The notes below the pieces were generated by a model. It did no database searches. It was not told the origin of the DNA and worked only from the letters and a program-made list of their open reading frames with translations. Shown here piece after piece: positions 24,704 to 37,815 of a stretch of DNA of 64,000 nt. This DNA is from Antedon mediterranea. Its lineage: Eukaryota > Animalia > Echinodermata. Made by a program: the position numbers and the translations under genes. Within the stretch, counting starts at the first letter, position 1; every line of letters starts with the position of its first letter. The stretch lies in NCBI RefSeq assembly GCF_964355755.1, contig NC_092670.1, forward strand, positions 11,394,795 through 11,458,794. Reading direction: 5' to 3'.

Positions 24704-26629
24704 TACACCTACAATCCTATTGAAGTTGAAAGGACATGTTATGTCCGGTTCGAATCGAACTCTGACCAGCTTACCTATTCAACCACGTCCAATTAAAAAA
24801 TGAGTAAATTATTAAAAGGTATTGTGAAAGTTACCAGTGTGGCGAGAATAAACATTTAATAACCAGAAAGATATCTGCGGGATTTCTCCATTAACAAATT
24901 GACGTGCAGTCTCATCTCTACTAATAAATAATGTTCTGACGATATTGTAAATGTCATAATAAAACGTATTTTTAAAAAATACTGTTTTTCTAAGAAAATT
25001 AAATACTGCCTTATTGATTACTCATCATTGAAAGTCAACGTTTAGGTCTATAATCAGTCACGTGTTTGGAAAACATTAATCAAGGCAATCTAACAACAGG
25101 ACACTTAGCTCTCGCCTTGCCAAGATAAAAAATCGTAACAGACCTCTGATCTTATGTCTGGCTGCGACAACTACAGTACTGAACTATCAATGTACATAAT
25201 ATTCTCTGTGGGCCGGTTTCTGTTAACCAACTATTTAAGGAAGCCAATTAGCCGATCGAAAATCAGTCAAAATGTTTTGGGGCTGTAGAACTGATCGTGT
25301 CTCAGGCACAGAAAAACCCTTTGATCTCTGGAGCTCAGCATCCTGCTGATAAATTGCCTTGCTTAAATTCAAATATGAACGCGTATAGTTTCAAAAACAT
25401 AATGAACATGCGCATAGGTTTAGTGAAATGTATAGTAGAATTAGAGTAGGGTCTATACAATAGTAATAATACTTGTATTCTGAAAATTTCAACTCAAAAT
25501 ATAATGATCACTAAGTATAAACAATCATCAACAAATTCGCAATAAGAAGTTGTACAAAGGTCGTGCCATCATTTCAACGTACAGTAACATAAAATGTTAT
25601 TTCTCCTTCTGACGTATTAAAAAAATAAAATCCATATAACATCTGACCCTGAAATACTCAATAAAAAAATTTAAGATATGAATAGTAATAATTGCTGAAG
25701 TCTGAAAATGTCAGCCTAGAAAAATTAATTCATCATTTTGAGAAAAATTAATTTCAAAGTGACAAAAAGCTTGGCATATCTAAAAAAAAAGTGTACACAA
25801 TTTTATAGATTAAAATAACAATGCTATTTAATTGCTGAAAACACCATAGGCAACAACACAACAGCCTGTAAGGAGACTTCATCTTACAATCGTAACATTT
25901 GATACAATGCCTAAGAACAAAAACAGTTTCTTGTTTTATACAACGTCAAACTTGAAGGTGTGACATATTAATCATTTGAAATCATTAATGGATTGTTAGT
26001 GGCTGAAGATGAGTTCGCCTAGAAACCTCAATTGAACAGCATTTTGAAGAAAAAAAATATTAACCTTTCAAGTGGAAACTGATCAAAAACTAATGTGTTT
26101 ATTACTTGGCTTTTTGATAAAATTTGTTTTTGTTTGTTTGAACAATCAATCCAGTTTATCTTGTTTGAACGTCAACGTTCACAATTTTCAAGTTATCGTC
26201 GTGGATTTTGTTAAATAAGTTCTGGCAATATTCCTATTGATTTCCGGAAAATCGATATATGGATAACGTCACAAAGCTGATTGTTGAAATATCGAGTAAT
26301 TTGTTTATTTAATAGTATATCGGCCGCCATATAAAATAGCAATCCGTGTAGACTGACGCGCCAGGTATTTCTCTAAGATTTCGAGCGCTTAATTTTACAT
26401 CTTGTTGTTCATTTCAATTTCAGGAATAAAATGACACAGAATAAAAAGAAAACAAATGTTTGACCTTATTATAAAGCGTGGTTCCTACTCTAAAACGCAC
26501 GAAACGTAATCAGTGTCGTATCGACGCGCAAAGTTTTGTATTGCGTAATCACAAGTGGGAACCGACGACGTAAAATCAGGAATAATTGTGATAACTATAA
26601 GGTGTATAAACATAAACGTTATATTGGTA

Positions 26630-27101
26630 TCGTAAAAAATGTAAAATAGTGTTTAGATCTTAAACATGTATTTTGGATCCACTTTTTCCACACATTTAGC
26701 CTTAAACATGTTTAGATATGAACATGTCTAGGTTCTAAATACATTACTAAACATGGAGTCCAACTCAACACATCAGTGACGTGTTGATTGTTAAACATGT
26801 GGAGCAATAATATAAAGACATGTTTATGTTTTAAACGTGTTTAATTTGCCATGTGTGCAGCTTTTTTCCCGTCACAGTAATATCGTATGCACGCAACGCT
26901 AACACGTACCTAAAAAACGTTGACTGAGTGTAATATATTGACATGTTGACTGTTAAACGAGTGGATGAAAACAACATGTAGCTATAAACACGTTTAGGTT
27001 TTAAACATGCTAAACATGTAACTACGTATTTAAAATCTAAATGTGTGGGAAAAAGTGGGTACAAAATAATATATGTTTAAGATTACTATTTTTACGGCGT
27101 A
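26630..27101. mobile_element. Foldback non-autonomous element, CACTA/EnSpm-like, with a homologous right half at 59187-59478
   Basis: Long subterminal inverted repeats (atcttaaacatgtattttggatccactttttccacacatttag versus ctaaatgtgtgggaaaaagtgggtacaaaa...tgtttaagat). The 59.4-kb copy ends tttttacagtg|ta (CACTG terminus). Confidence 0.65.
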
Positions 27102-27391
27102 AAGGTACTGGCTATCGCTATAAAATATGGATTAGGGTTATATTGTTTAAATGCATTAGCATATTTCTGTCAATAGACAGATAATGAGAACATCATACTA
27201 CATTATGTTTCCACTACTCCTACGCACAATATTATTGCAACATCAGCACTGTCCAGACGACGATGTCATTAAATCGGACACTAAAACAAAACACGCTCTA
27301 GTTAAACATTTGGTGAAGAAATAAAAAACGGATCGTTGTCGTAAATAATTAATAAACCGTTATTACAAAACCACTGACCGTTGGTCAACTG

Positions 27392-27560
27392 ACTCTGTCT
27401 ACACTATCAAACTTTATGTGACAAAAAAATGTGGACATAATATATAATAATAATATATAATATGGACATGATGATGTCATACCACCATATTTAAGCATAT
27501 CACTACCATTTGGGCACATCACACTTTTTTTGTCAAACTAATTTGATAGTGTAAACAGAG
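27392..27560. mobile_element. MITE family E (TIR CTCTGTCTACACTATCAAACT). Other copies at ~10989, 19555-20064, 41179, 42998-43156 and 58600-58716.
   Basis: ctctgtctacactatcaaact ... tttgatagtgtaaacagag, with a shared ggacatgatgatgt..atcactaccatatt core. Confidence 0.85.
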
Positions 27561-28814
27561 TCACGAAGACGCATGGCATGCAAAGGCGTGCTTTTTACGC
27601 ACAACGCACGTAATTCGACCAATACGACAAGTTAAACTGACTAAATCTAACAGAGAAAAGAGCGTGTACGGCATAGAATAAGAGAGGGTGAATTCGGCGG
27701 AGACGACATTCAGCTAAATAAAATTGAAGATTTGAATTCTCATATGTGTCAACAATTAAATGTCTAATTTAAAGTTTCTGTTGAAGTTAAATTGAATCTC
27801 GAAAAAAAACATATATTAAAACGAAACTTTACATCTCATTCATGATATTTTAAAACGTTCGGTAATTTTCTAAAATTGATTTTTATATCAAAATATATTT
27901 AAAATTACGTATTGGGACAAATCAGCATGGTTGTTACGAAGGCAGATTAAATATTAATGAAAATATTCATGTTGATTTCAATAGTGAAATTGGAATGATA
28001 CAACTACAAGTCATATCACGTCTTAAATAGCAATAAATCAATGATTATATTTACATATTAAAAAAAAAATACTAAGCACCATAATTGATTCGAATTATAT
28101 TCACCCGCGCTGCACAATGGTTTGTTTTCTTTAAAGTTAATTGACCGCACTATGATAACATGTCCTACATTTATTAAAGTTTAAATACACGATATTGAAA
28201 CTAAATAATTATAGTTGTTTGTGTAATTGCACATCATTAGACACAATGCAAACAGAAAAAAAACTTTCACCTACTTCGTAAAAATATTGTAAATCAAACT
28301 TAATATCTAAAAACAATAACAAAATATTCAGAAGATTTACTAACGTGTCCGTTAATTTCCACGTTTTCACAAGATTTTCAATTCTGCCGTGATTGGTCAA
28401 ATTATTTGTGGCGCGCGTAGGCCTACGTTTCATGCGTTTGCGTCCAAAAGGGAATCAAAAGTCATTGTCTGGGACCATTCAATAGTCAGCACCGGGTAGG
28501 CTTTCTTCATGAGCAGCGCTTCTATTGGAGCAGGAGCGCTAGTAGACCAAATTCAGTATCGTTTTTATTTCGGTAAATTACCTCATGAAAAAGGACGGCG
28601 TGATATCACCCCAATGTTGTACAAAATACTGTGTGGAATGAAATAAAAAGAAAGAAAATCTAATAAAATTAATAAAATAAAAAGGAACCCAAGAATATAC
28701 TGCTTATGGTATATGAAAATGTAACAATTAGAATTGGGACAAATGCAGAAATTGAACCAGGCACACGTACGTTAAATATGTGAACATTCGCATTATATTT
28801 ACGCGCGCTTCATT

Positions 28815-29208
28815 ATGTAATCTATGATGCCGCGTAGTGCAATCTATGATGCCGCGTAGTGTTATCTATGATGCCGCGTAGTGTAATTTATGATGCCGCG
28901 TAGTGTTATCTATGATGCCGTGTAGTGTAATCTATGATACCGCGTAGTGTAGTGTAATCTATGATACCGCGTAGTGTTATCTATGATTCCGCGTAGTGTA
29001 ATCTATGATACCGCGTAGTGTAATCTATGATACCGCGTAGTGTTATCTATGATGCCGTGTATAGTGTAGGCCTAATCTATGATGCCGCGTAGTGTAATAT
29101 ATGATGCCGCGTAGTGTAATCTATGAAGCCGCGTAGTGTAATCTATGATGCCGCGTAGTGTAATCTATGATGCCGCGTAGTGTAATCTATGATGCTACGT
29201 AGTGTAAT
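28815..29208. repeat. 22-bp minisatellite TGTAATCTATGATGCCGCGTAG, about 17 copies
   Basis: Directly visible period. Confidence 0.97.
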
Positions 29209-30081
29209 CGTAAATAATTATTTTGACAGAATAATGCCTTCGTCTTGTTCACATGAAAATATACGGATTTGAATACAAGGATGGCAGATTTAATCTGAAA
29301 ATTTAAAGATGTCTCGAAAAATGAATAAAATCCATAAAAACTAGATTTGACATTTGATTAATAAATCATGGTGACATGTTCTGTGAGTCAAAAGGGAAAA
29401 CAAGAGTTTGTTATAGCAAACGTTTAAGTATAAAATTCAACCAGATTCTGGTACAGTACGGTATTATGCCTAGATACAACAAACATGACATGTAGTTTCC
29501 TGTCTGCTGACTACATTATTATTATTTGTTTATTTCTTCTTCATAATATCGCCTCTTTTACAAAAAAAATCGTTAGTGACAAAGTTTTTCTGCAAGCCAT
29601 CTAATTTCAGTATTACAAATTATTTTCATTATTATATAACATTATACCAATATTGATTTTTAAAGATAATTATGATACTATGTAGGCCTACTCATATTTG
29701 TTATTGTTGACACTATCAGTTCAGTTAGTTGGGATTAAGTAAGCATGAGTTGGTGTTTACTATGAATTCAGTATTATAATTTTGTCTATAACAATTATAA
29801 TAATGTTCGATATTACTAAGGATGTGATTATGATGATACGTACCTATAATGCTGTATTCATATTATTTATTATAGATACTACTACAGACAATTATTTGTC
29901 AAGTGGTAGGCCTACTATATCCTCATGGAGTGGTTTTTTCGGGGATATATAATAGCTCTGCTAACTTTTCTGGCTGTTTACTTTATCGTTTTGATTTAGC
30001 TTTTTTTTTTTGTATCTCCATTGAGATCCAGCCACTGATACCCACAGCATTGTCATTTTTTTCAGTAATTTGCCTTTGGAT

Positions 30082-30082
30082 T

Positions 30083-30153
<71 letters not shown>
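30082..30153. repeat. (TA)n microsatellite
   Basis: Directly visible, with one interrupting C. Confidence 0.98.
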
Positions 30154-30156
<3 letters not shown>

Positions 30157-30169
30157 CATACTGTCAAGT

Positions 30170-30346
30170 TATTGAAACAGTGCTGAGATTCGGAACATGA
30201 TCTCATAATCGCGTCGAGCATAGCTCATCGGCGAAAGTTCCATATTTTTAGTATTAGTTTTTTGTATGAACCAATGTCTCTGGCGGGATTTTAACCTGCG
30301 AATTCTCGCTTACAGGGCGAGTATCATACCACTAGACCACATAGCC
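30170..30346 (-). mobile_element. tRNA(Pro)-derived SINE or pseudo-tRNA
   Basis: Minus strand ggctatgtggtctagtggtatgatactcgccctgtaagcgagaattcgcaggttaaaatcccgccagagac aligns by eye with eukaryotic tRNA-Pro (GGCTCGTTGGTCTAGGGGTATGATTCTCGC...GCGAGA..GGTTCAAATCCCG). The B box is mutated and the acceptor stem is broken. Confidence 0.7.
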
Positions 30347-30466
30347 ATATATGGTAGTATCGCCGATTTTCACCAACCACATACTTTCTCTCATAGAACA
30401 AACACCCTCGCAATCAGTGGAGGCTTTACTAGTCAGTATAAATTCCAACTTTAAAGTTGGTTTTAG

Positions 30467-30579
30467 GGCCCGTTCAGGCTCAGTTCGGGTAAGTTTATTT
30501 CTACCCACCAAAGTTAGCGATAACTATTACACCAATGGATCCAACTTACCCGGGTAAATAAATAAACCTGAACGAGCCA
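30467..30579. mobile_element. Small MITE (TIR about GGCCCGTTCAGG), TTA flanks
   Basis: ggcccgttcagg ... cctgaacgagcc, with an internal cgggtaagtt/aacttacccg inverted pair. Confidence 0.65.
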
Positions 30580-31063
30580 TTAGGATCGACGTTGGACATC
30601 ATGTCGATTATTACAAAATCTATATGTCAAGAGAAAAAAAAAATGGTTGGCCTTTGAAAATTGTTAACCTTTCGATTTTCATTATTGTAAGTAATGTCTG
30701 ACTGTTAAATGACATGTTACCATTATTCCATAATATTCTGCTGTAGGCGCCTGATTTGTAGTTTTAAATGAAACTTATCAAATTGAGATCAAGGGATAAT
30801 TTTTCTATAACAACAATTATCCTTGTGTATAAGAAAAAATAAAGTAGTTCATTTCTCTGTAGAATTGTAAGTTTCATGCCTACTTAATCCCAGAATACAT
30901 TGTGTGAAAATATATCCAATCAACGTCATCCATCCTTGCATGGAGCACGAGTTAATTCGTGCAATATGCGAGCACCATGTAATTTGTTTAACCAATTGCA
31001 AAGAATAGCGTAATAGAATGCGTTACCGTAATTAAGCTTGCCTCGCGTATGCCACGCGTGTAA

Positions 31064-31184
31064 AGCCCCGTTTCCACTAGAGACGCAACGTAAGGACGGT
31101 AGACGCAACGCAAGCGAGTTGACCAATCACAGGCGACAATTCGAAAAATCCATCACGTCGCAGCTGTGTCGTGGGAACCAAGCT
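31064..31184. mobile_element. MITE family A, internally deleted copy
   Basis: tttccactagagacgcaacg ... gtgggaaccaagct|taa. Confidence 0.8.
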
Positions 31185-31258
31185 TAATATTCGAAGAAAA
31201 AAAAAATTAAATTGTGACTATATGAAACATTTACATTAGAGTGTAGACCTAAATGTCT

Positions 31259-31556
31259 TGTGATGCTTGTTTGTTTGAGAAAGAAGAAATAAAAAGTTTA
31301 TATTCGTGAGACACGTCTGTACAATGAATCATTTATTAAGCGGATTAAATATTATAATTTTTTATTTTTTTTTAAAAGTACACTCGTATGTCTTTTATGT
31401 ACCTATTTATTAATAATGTATTGTGGTGCTTGTTTGTTTGTCTTTGGAAATCTTTTTTTGGAAAAAAAATAAATAAATAAAAAGCTTATATTCGTATGTC
31501 TGTACAATGAAGCATGAAGCGGGTGTAGTTTGATTGTTTTAAAGTACACTCGTATT
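31259..31556. repeat. Diverged tandem duplication of about 165 bp
   Basis: tgcttgtttgtttg...tatattcgt...gtctgtacaatgaa...aagtacactcgtat occurs twice. Confidence 0.7.
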
Positions 31557-32758
31557 TTTTAATAATAGCTACTGCAATTGAATTGAATTATTCAAATTAA
31601 TCACCTTGTCAGTGTTTTAAGCATTTTATTAATATTTTATAACACTGCCTGTGCTTCTCTCTCTGTCTGCTATAACACTGTCAATGGACCTAACTAATTT
31701 ATAGGTTAAACAGTGTAAATAATACATTTTTAAATAGTGTATTTCACGAAATATATATATTTCCAGATAGACATATTTTGTAACATCACAAGTAAACGCT
31801 CTTTTTTTAAATCATACTGAATTTAAGATTAAGGTCAGGTCGCTTATTTTGCTTATGACATGATACAGACGTCATATGTAATACAAATGTGACAATGTAT
31901 CACAGCATTTGCCAATGTTACTGGGCAAATTATAGATAGGCCTACAGTAACGAAAATCGGCTATGATGATAAGCAAATGTATACACTTGTCTTAATACGA
32001 TGTTTACCTAACATATCACACGAATATTGCCTTTTAGAGTAGAGTACACAACATCAAATTTGGTGACTATGATTAGATATCGTATTGAAATATTTCGTAA
32101 AGTCGCATCAACATGTGACGCCACACAGTCAATGGAACAGAATATCATTTGAAGAAGGTACAGCGATAATTAAAAATCAATCAAATTCGTAAATGGAAGA
32201 ATTTAAGTTGGCTGACATCAATTTATTTTAAAAAGATTGTTAATGTCATTTTAATGATCAGGGCATAATGATAAACGTTTAATTAATTTGAGGATCATAA
32301 TTAGGTTAAAGACTATGATTTAAGTCCAACAATGCGAGACATTCAATTACCCACAAAATAAAATGTACGAATGTTCGTTGTATCATGGCATACAACTCGC
32401 ATACCACGTCAATTTATGCGCGCGACATTCAAATGATGATAAAACGGCGCGCGTGCATACATTGATATCTCCAGTGTATCACTATGTGACGATGATTTGA
32501 TATTTCGACATGTTTATTCATGGTTCTATATTTTAAAAAGGATGATTACACATAACTTTCATAATACAGTACATGAATAAAAGGCAACAGATATAAACCA
32601 TCAAAGAGGTGTCGTTTCAATTTAAAAGAAAAACTCTTTTTTGATAGGCACTTTTGACGGGAACTGGTAGGCCTACGTTATTCAAGAGTTTTGGACCAAT
32701 TAAAGTAATACTATGTTCAACATAAGTAGTTTTGGAAAAAGAAATAGGCCTACGTATT

Positions 32759-32967
32759 CGGTTAGCGCTGAGACATCACATGAGACAAGATAGAACACAG
32801 TTAGTTAGTGCTTGTTCATGTATCCTAAACTAATAATATCCTATCAGCAATCGCCATTTGCCCGGTTAGCGCTGAGACATCACATGAGACAAGATAGAAC
32901 ACAGTTAGTTAGTGCTTGTTCATGTATCCTAAACTAATAATATCCTATCAGCAATCGCCATTTGCCC
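32759..32967. repeat. Perfect 104-bp tandem duplication
   Basis: cggttagcgctgagac...gcaatcgccatttgcc at 32759 and 32863. Confidence 0.95.
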
Positions 32968-33362
32968 AGAGCATGTGTTCACTACTTCAGTCATGAACTC
33001 AGTCATGAACTATTTTCTTGTTGGCAATCATACGGGTAATAATAGATTAAGATGTGACAAGGCGAAACTTAAGGGGGAAAGGGAGACAAAAGTGTTGCAT
33101 GATTCTGCATCTGAATGCCGTTAGCCCCGGAAACCAATGGTCCGACTGTCGCGTCATCCTTTTTCATTATAACACTGATGCGTTTGACATATTATATATT
33201 TTCCACGTTTTGAATAGATTCTTCACCTTGAGGTACCTTCTATGACATTCAAGGTTAAAGAATATGATAATAATATATTTTTTAAGCTTTGTGATGATAT
33301 TGCCTTTTACGAAACATAATTACAAATATGATAATTTAATGGAGAGGAGATAAACTAGTATT

Positions 33363-33533
33363 ATATATTATTATTATTATTATATCAATATTTATAAAGC
33401 GTCAATTCAAAGACCGAGGTACAAAATCAAAGGCGCTGGGCATGTTAGTGGTCGAAAAAATGAGTTTTGAGCAATTTTTTAAAATAAGGCAACAGAAGAG
33501 CAGTGTTTAATTTGTGGGGGGAGTGAATTCCAA
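33363..33533 (-). mobile_element. 3' end of an L2-clade LINE
   Basis: The minus strand encodes WNSLPPQIKHCSSVALF/KKLLKTHFF and ends in a (TAA)n tail. Confidence 0.75.
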
Positions 33534-33658
33534 TGTATGTTTTATTGATTGTATTGTTCATGTAAAATCCGGAATAAATTGATGAATTGAATTGAATAGT
33601 CGTCGCATGTAATGTGCCTACATGTTACACTGATTTACATCATTTGCATAATCGGCTT

Positions 33659-34982
33659 CAGGGGCGCAGCCAGGAAAGAATTAAAGGGGGGGTCAACCAA
33701 TATGTGAGTATTTTGCGAGCGAAGCGAGCAACCATGGGCTGGGGGCCAGGGGGCCGCCAAAGGCCCCCGGTTGGGGTCCAGGGGGCGAAGCCCCCTGGAA
33801 GCTTTGGCGGTCTAGGGCAATCTAGATCATTTGAATCGGTTTACGCACACACAAATATGACAATGTTAACACTAATAAACTGAAACAAAGAAAACAAAAA
33901 ACAACTCTCATTTTCATTACAGAACATTTTTATATTCCAGGCTGCCACAGACAAACACTTTTTTTCTTGCTTGTTTGTTGATTTGTTTAGAGAGGCTGTA
34001 AACTCAGAGGAGGAATTATTTGAATTCCTCCCTTTTCACCAATACAAAAGTTGCATGAAATGAACGTAGAGATGCAAAAGTTTGAAAAAAGAAATTAGAA
34101 TGATAGCATGGAGGGAGTGATATTATTAAATGAGAACCGTAATGTTAGAGTTCATACACTGTGCAAGTCCAAGAAGCTATCTTGGTTCCGTGTGTATGTG
34201 AGACGCTTATCATACCCAGTACATACAATATTTTGTTTAAAAATATACCTATTTTGTTCGAATGTATAGTATAGGTGATAGCTTATACATAATTGTAATA
34301 ACTAACTTCTAAATTATTATCATACATTTTACGTTAGTTACTATAAGGGCGCTCTTGACATCGCGTGATGCATCTTTAAACATAAGTTTGGAACATTCTT
34401 CTTGGCTTGGAGACAGAATTCGCGAATGACATTCTCTGTATTAATGTTCATGTTAAAGTGTATGTTCATGAGGCACAGTCCCGAAAGCTGCTCATAAGAC
34501 ATGTGATTTCCCAAACAGGTTTTCGTTCTCCATAAAGTCGAAAAACTCCGCTCAGTTTAAGCAGACGTTACGGGCATAGGCCTACGCGATTAGAAGAAGT
34601 GCACGCACATTCGGGAACACATTTGGATCCGCTAATTTTACACAGTCGCTTCCATCACTGAAGCTCGGAATGAAGATGTTCGTGTCTTGGCAGATCATCG
34701 TACCAAATTCAAGTTCCTTGAAGACTTCTTCAACATTACACTTCACTATAGACTCGGGTGCTACGCCAAATATTTTAAAGCATGGCCTGTTATCGGCAGA
34801 AAAACGGGTTTTTAACTCGGTTTGTAATCAAGAAGTTGATTTGGTAATACTGCTCGGTAGTAATCTTCCACAGTATCTCCAGGATGATTTGATCTGTATT
34901 GTTGTCTCATGTTTTTATTTATTTTTTCTAAAAAAAAGGTGGGGTCAGGACCCCCGTGACCCCCCCACTGGCTGCGCCCCTG
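33659..34982 (-). mobile_element. Internally deleted hAT transposon with 15-bp TIRs, a 5-bp TSD and a pseudogenised transposase C-terminus
   Basis: TIRs CAGGGGCGCAGCCAG / CTGGCTGCGCCCCTG, with GGCTT on both flanks. Minus strand ~34390-34640 reads DPNVFPNVRALLLIA / MPVTSA*TERSFSTLWRTKTCLGNHMSYEQLSGLCLMNIHFNMNINTENVIREF, the hAT dimerisation domain (PRKRIR/ZMYM1-like). Confidence 0.92.
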
Positions 34983-36735
34983 GGCTTCGTCAAACACAAC
35001 TCACTTTTGTTTTTCATTATATTTCATATACTTGCTTGATGTTAGCATCATGTCTGATAGAAATCCGTATGAGTACCTTAGGCTTATCTACTACGCGTTG
35101 TTTTTGGAAGTTCTGGGCTATTGCTGTAATAGTGGTCTACAGCATGTGTCCCGATGGCAGGCACGCGTAGTACGTGTACATCCATAAAACATCAATAAAA
35201 AAATAACATTAAAGACATATATATGCAAGTCAACCATAATTTCTTCAATGGTTTAGAGCAGTTAACAAAATTTAGGGTGTTGTGAAAGCAACCTATATAC
35301 CTATACACTCTGAAATCCAGGCCTATCACAACTAAGAGCGAATGGGCGAGAATACAGCGGAACTATGTGGTAAAGCGCATTTGAACATATTCATGCAAAG
35401 TGTGCTATATTTATATGTGGTAGTAGTAATATTATTATTATTCTATCTTGATACGATCTGTATCGAACTGTTTATTGCATTTTCGTTGTCCTTGTCCTCA
35501 TTCAGTCTTTGTTTCGTCGTGTTTCATCCATGTTTACCACTTTGTTTTATGATGCAAAAGATATTGTGTGTTTTTTTTCCTTTCTGGTATCAAGACTCTA
35601 AAGCCCATAAGTGGCTTATTTGTTTTCTGGCACAAGCAATTTTTATATCTAATTTAAATTCTAATATACTGTATTACTTTATTTGTATTGTGTGCATACA
35701 ATATATAAAAATACACTATGAATATACAATTTACTTTTATTAACGTAAGTAATGTCTATTTTTTTTTTATACTGTTGAGTGACAAGAAAACCTATTCGGC
35801 ATAGCATGCCGGCGTACCATAGCATGCCGGCGTACCATACCATATCAATAATACAGTCTCTATACTTTTAAATGATAAACATAAGCAATTGTACTGTCTA
35901 CACGCGAGGCAATAATTAATTTTGTATTAAGGGCTTATTCACTTTGGACACTAATCAAACCAACATCAATTTAATATAATCATGAACATTGATTGCTTTA
36001 CAAGCTCATCATCAATGATAATAAAAATACAAATCTTAATCTATTATTATTGCCGCCCTTGTATACAATCTGCGAAACTGAATTAGTAAGTAGTATTATG
36101 CGCATCATATTAATATATGTATTGTTGCTTTTCGGCGAATCAGTAATTAATTAACTGAATTGTGGACTTTATTATATTTACTTGTCGGCGGTATACTAAA
36201 ACAGTAATGGTTCGTAAACCAATTAGGTATTATATTATAACGTCTGATAGACCTCCACATTTGTTTGTGTTTGTCGCTTGACAAAAAAAATTATTCCCTC
36301 ACCTCTAAGCCGGCAATATCTGTATAATAGTTGAGGTGCATTAAAACAAGGCCAACAACCATAATTCGCGTGCTAAAACGCATAGTGATACCGGACCGAC
36401 AGACAGAACGACAGACCGACAGACCGAACGACATAGTGAGGAGAGTGGGAAAGGTGACGTAAACGTAACACTTGTACTACGTTTTATAACGGATTTGAAT
36501 ATCTATCAATAATAATCTATAACTATTGATGTATTGGACGAATGACGTAATGGTAGATCAGTTGAGCCGATTCTGCATAAATGCTCCCTATAGTCTCTTG
36601 AAATTAACGCCGTTCTTAATGTGGTCATTTGGTCAGCAATATAAATCAAATCATGTATAAATACAAATAATTCAAAACATGTACTGTGCAACAATTTGTA
36701 TAAACTAAGTTTCATCATTCTTGTCAGCGACTTAA

Positions 36736-37024
36736 TGCCAATTTACACAGACGCTCGGTAACGGTAATAAACATATAGAATCTATGTTACAAGCTACGCG
36801 GTTTTCCGCTTATCGTTACCACTCGTCTGTGTAAATTGGCCTTAAAGCGTGGTTCCCACTAGCGACGCAACACAAGGACGTAACGCAACGCAAGTGAATT
36901 GACCAATCACAAGCGATGGCTTATTCGCTTGTGATTGCTAACTGTCTATAACTTCGCTTGTCATTGGTTAAAACGCTTGCGTTGCGTTTACGTCCTTGCG
37001 TTATGTTCTAGTGGGAACCAAGCA
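36736..37024. mobile_element. Abutting MITE B (36736-36842) and MITE A (36846-37024) sharing one TAA
   Basis: Junction ...gtaaattggcct|taa|agcgtggttcccactag..., with both pairs of TIRs intact. Confidence 0.9.
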
Positions 37025-37369
37025 TTACGCGACCACAACGAATACCGCGAACTTCTGCTTTAACGACGCGTCACGCCTCATTCAAAATGAGTTTTCCTTA
37101 TTTTTTTTCTTAATTCGCGAAAGACGATTCATTTTAATGAAAAGATTCTAATAAGATATTGTAAAAGAATAAATAACAAAATCCGATCACCACAATCCCA
37201 GTTATCATATATCATTGAGGTATAAAATAAATAAATTTAGACCTCCATATACAGAATAATATACAACATAATTATGATACAAAATAGTAATTACTATTAT
37301 TATTAGTCAGATGATAGGCATATACAATCGGATAATTGTACCATTCTTAAAAGTGATGACGAATTGCAA

Positions 37370-37815
37370 TATAAAGCATCATATTTTCCGCTTTGTGTGT
37401 TGTCGTTAAGATAAGATAAATCATAATTATACGTATATAGGGTTTGTGTCATTCCGATAAGGTACGTCGTAATTACGCTTCGTTAGTTGGGGTTACGACA
37501 AAATAAGTCGTAATTACGCTTTGTATGTCGACGACAATACGGCAACATAAGTCGTAATTACGCTTTGTATGTCGTTGTTACGGAAATATAAGTCGTAATT
37601 ACGCTTTCCATGTCGTGGTTACGGCAAGATAAGTCGTAATTACGTTTTGTATGTCGACGGCATTACGGCAAGATAAGTCCTAATTACACTTTGCATGTCG
37701 TGGTTACGGCAAGATAAGTTGTAATTACGCTATGTATGCCGTCATTAGGAAACTTATTTCATATCGTTTAATAAACGTACTAATTACGCTTAAAGTTGTA
37801 ATTACGAGAAAATAA
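37370..37815. repeat. Minisatellite of about 41 bp (gataagtcgtaattacgctttgtatgtcgtggttacggcaa)
   Basis: About 10 degenerate copies carrying the palindromic cgtaattacg core. Confidence 0.88.

Noticed and set aside
23840-28500. REST/NRSE half-sites (TCAGCACC at ~23841 and ~28488)
   Set aside because: The GGACAG right half is missing at the required spacing.
34670-35170. 166-aa plus-strand ORF
   Set aside because: It is antisense to the hAT transposase remnant and crosses the TIR.
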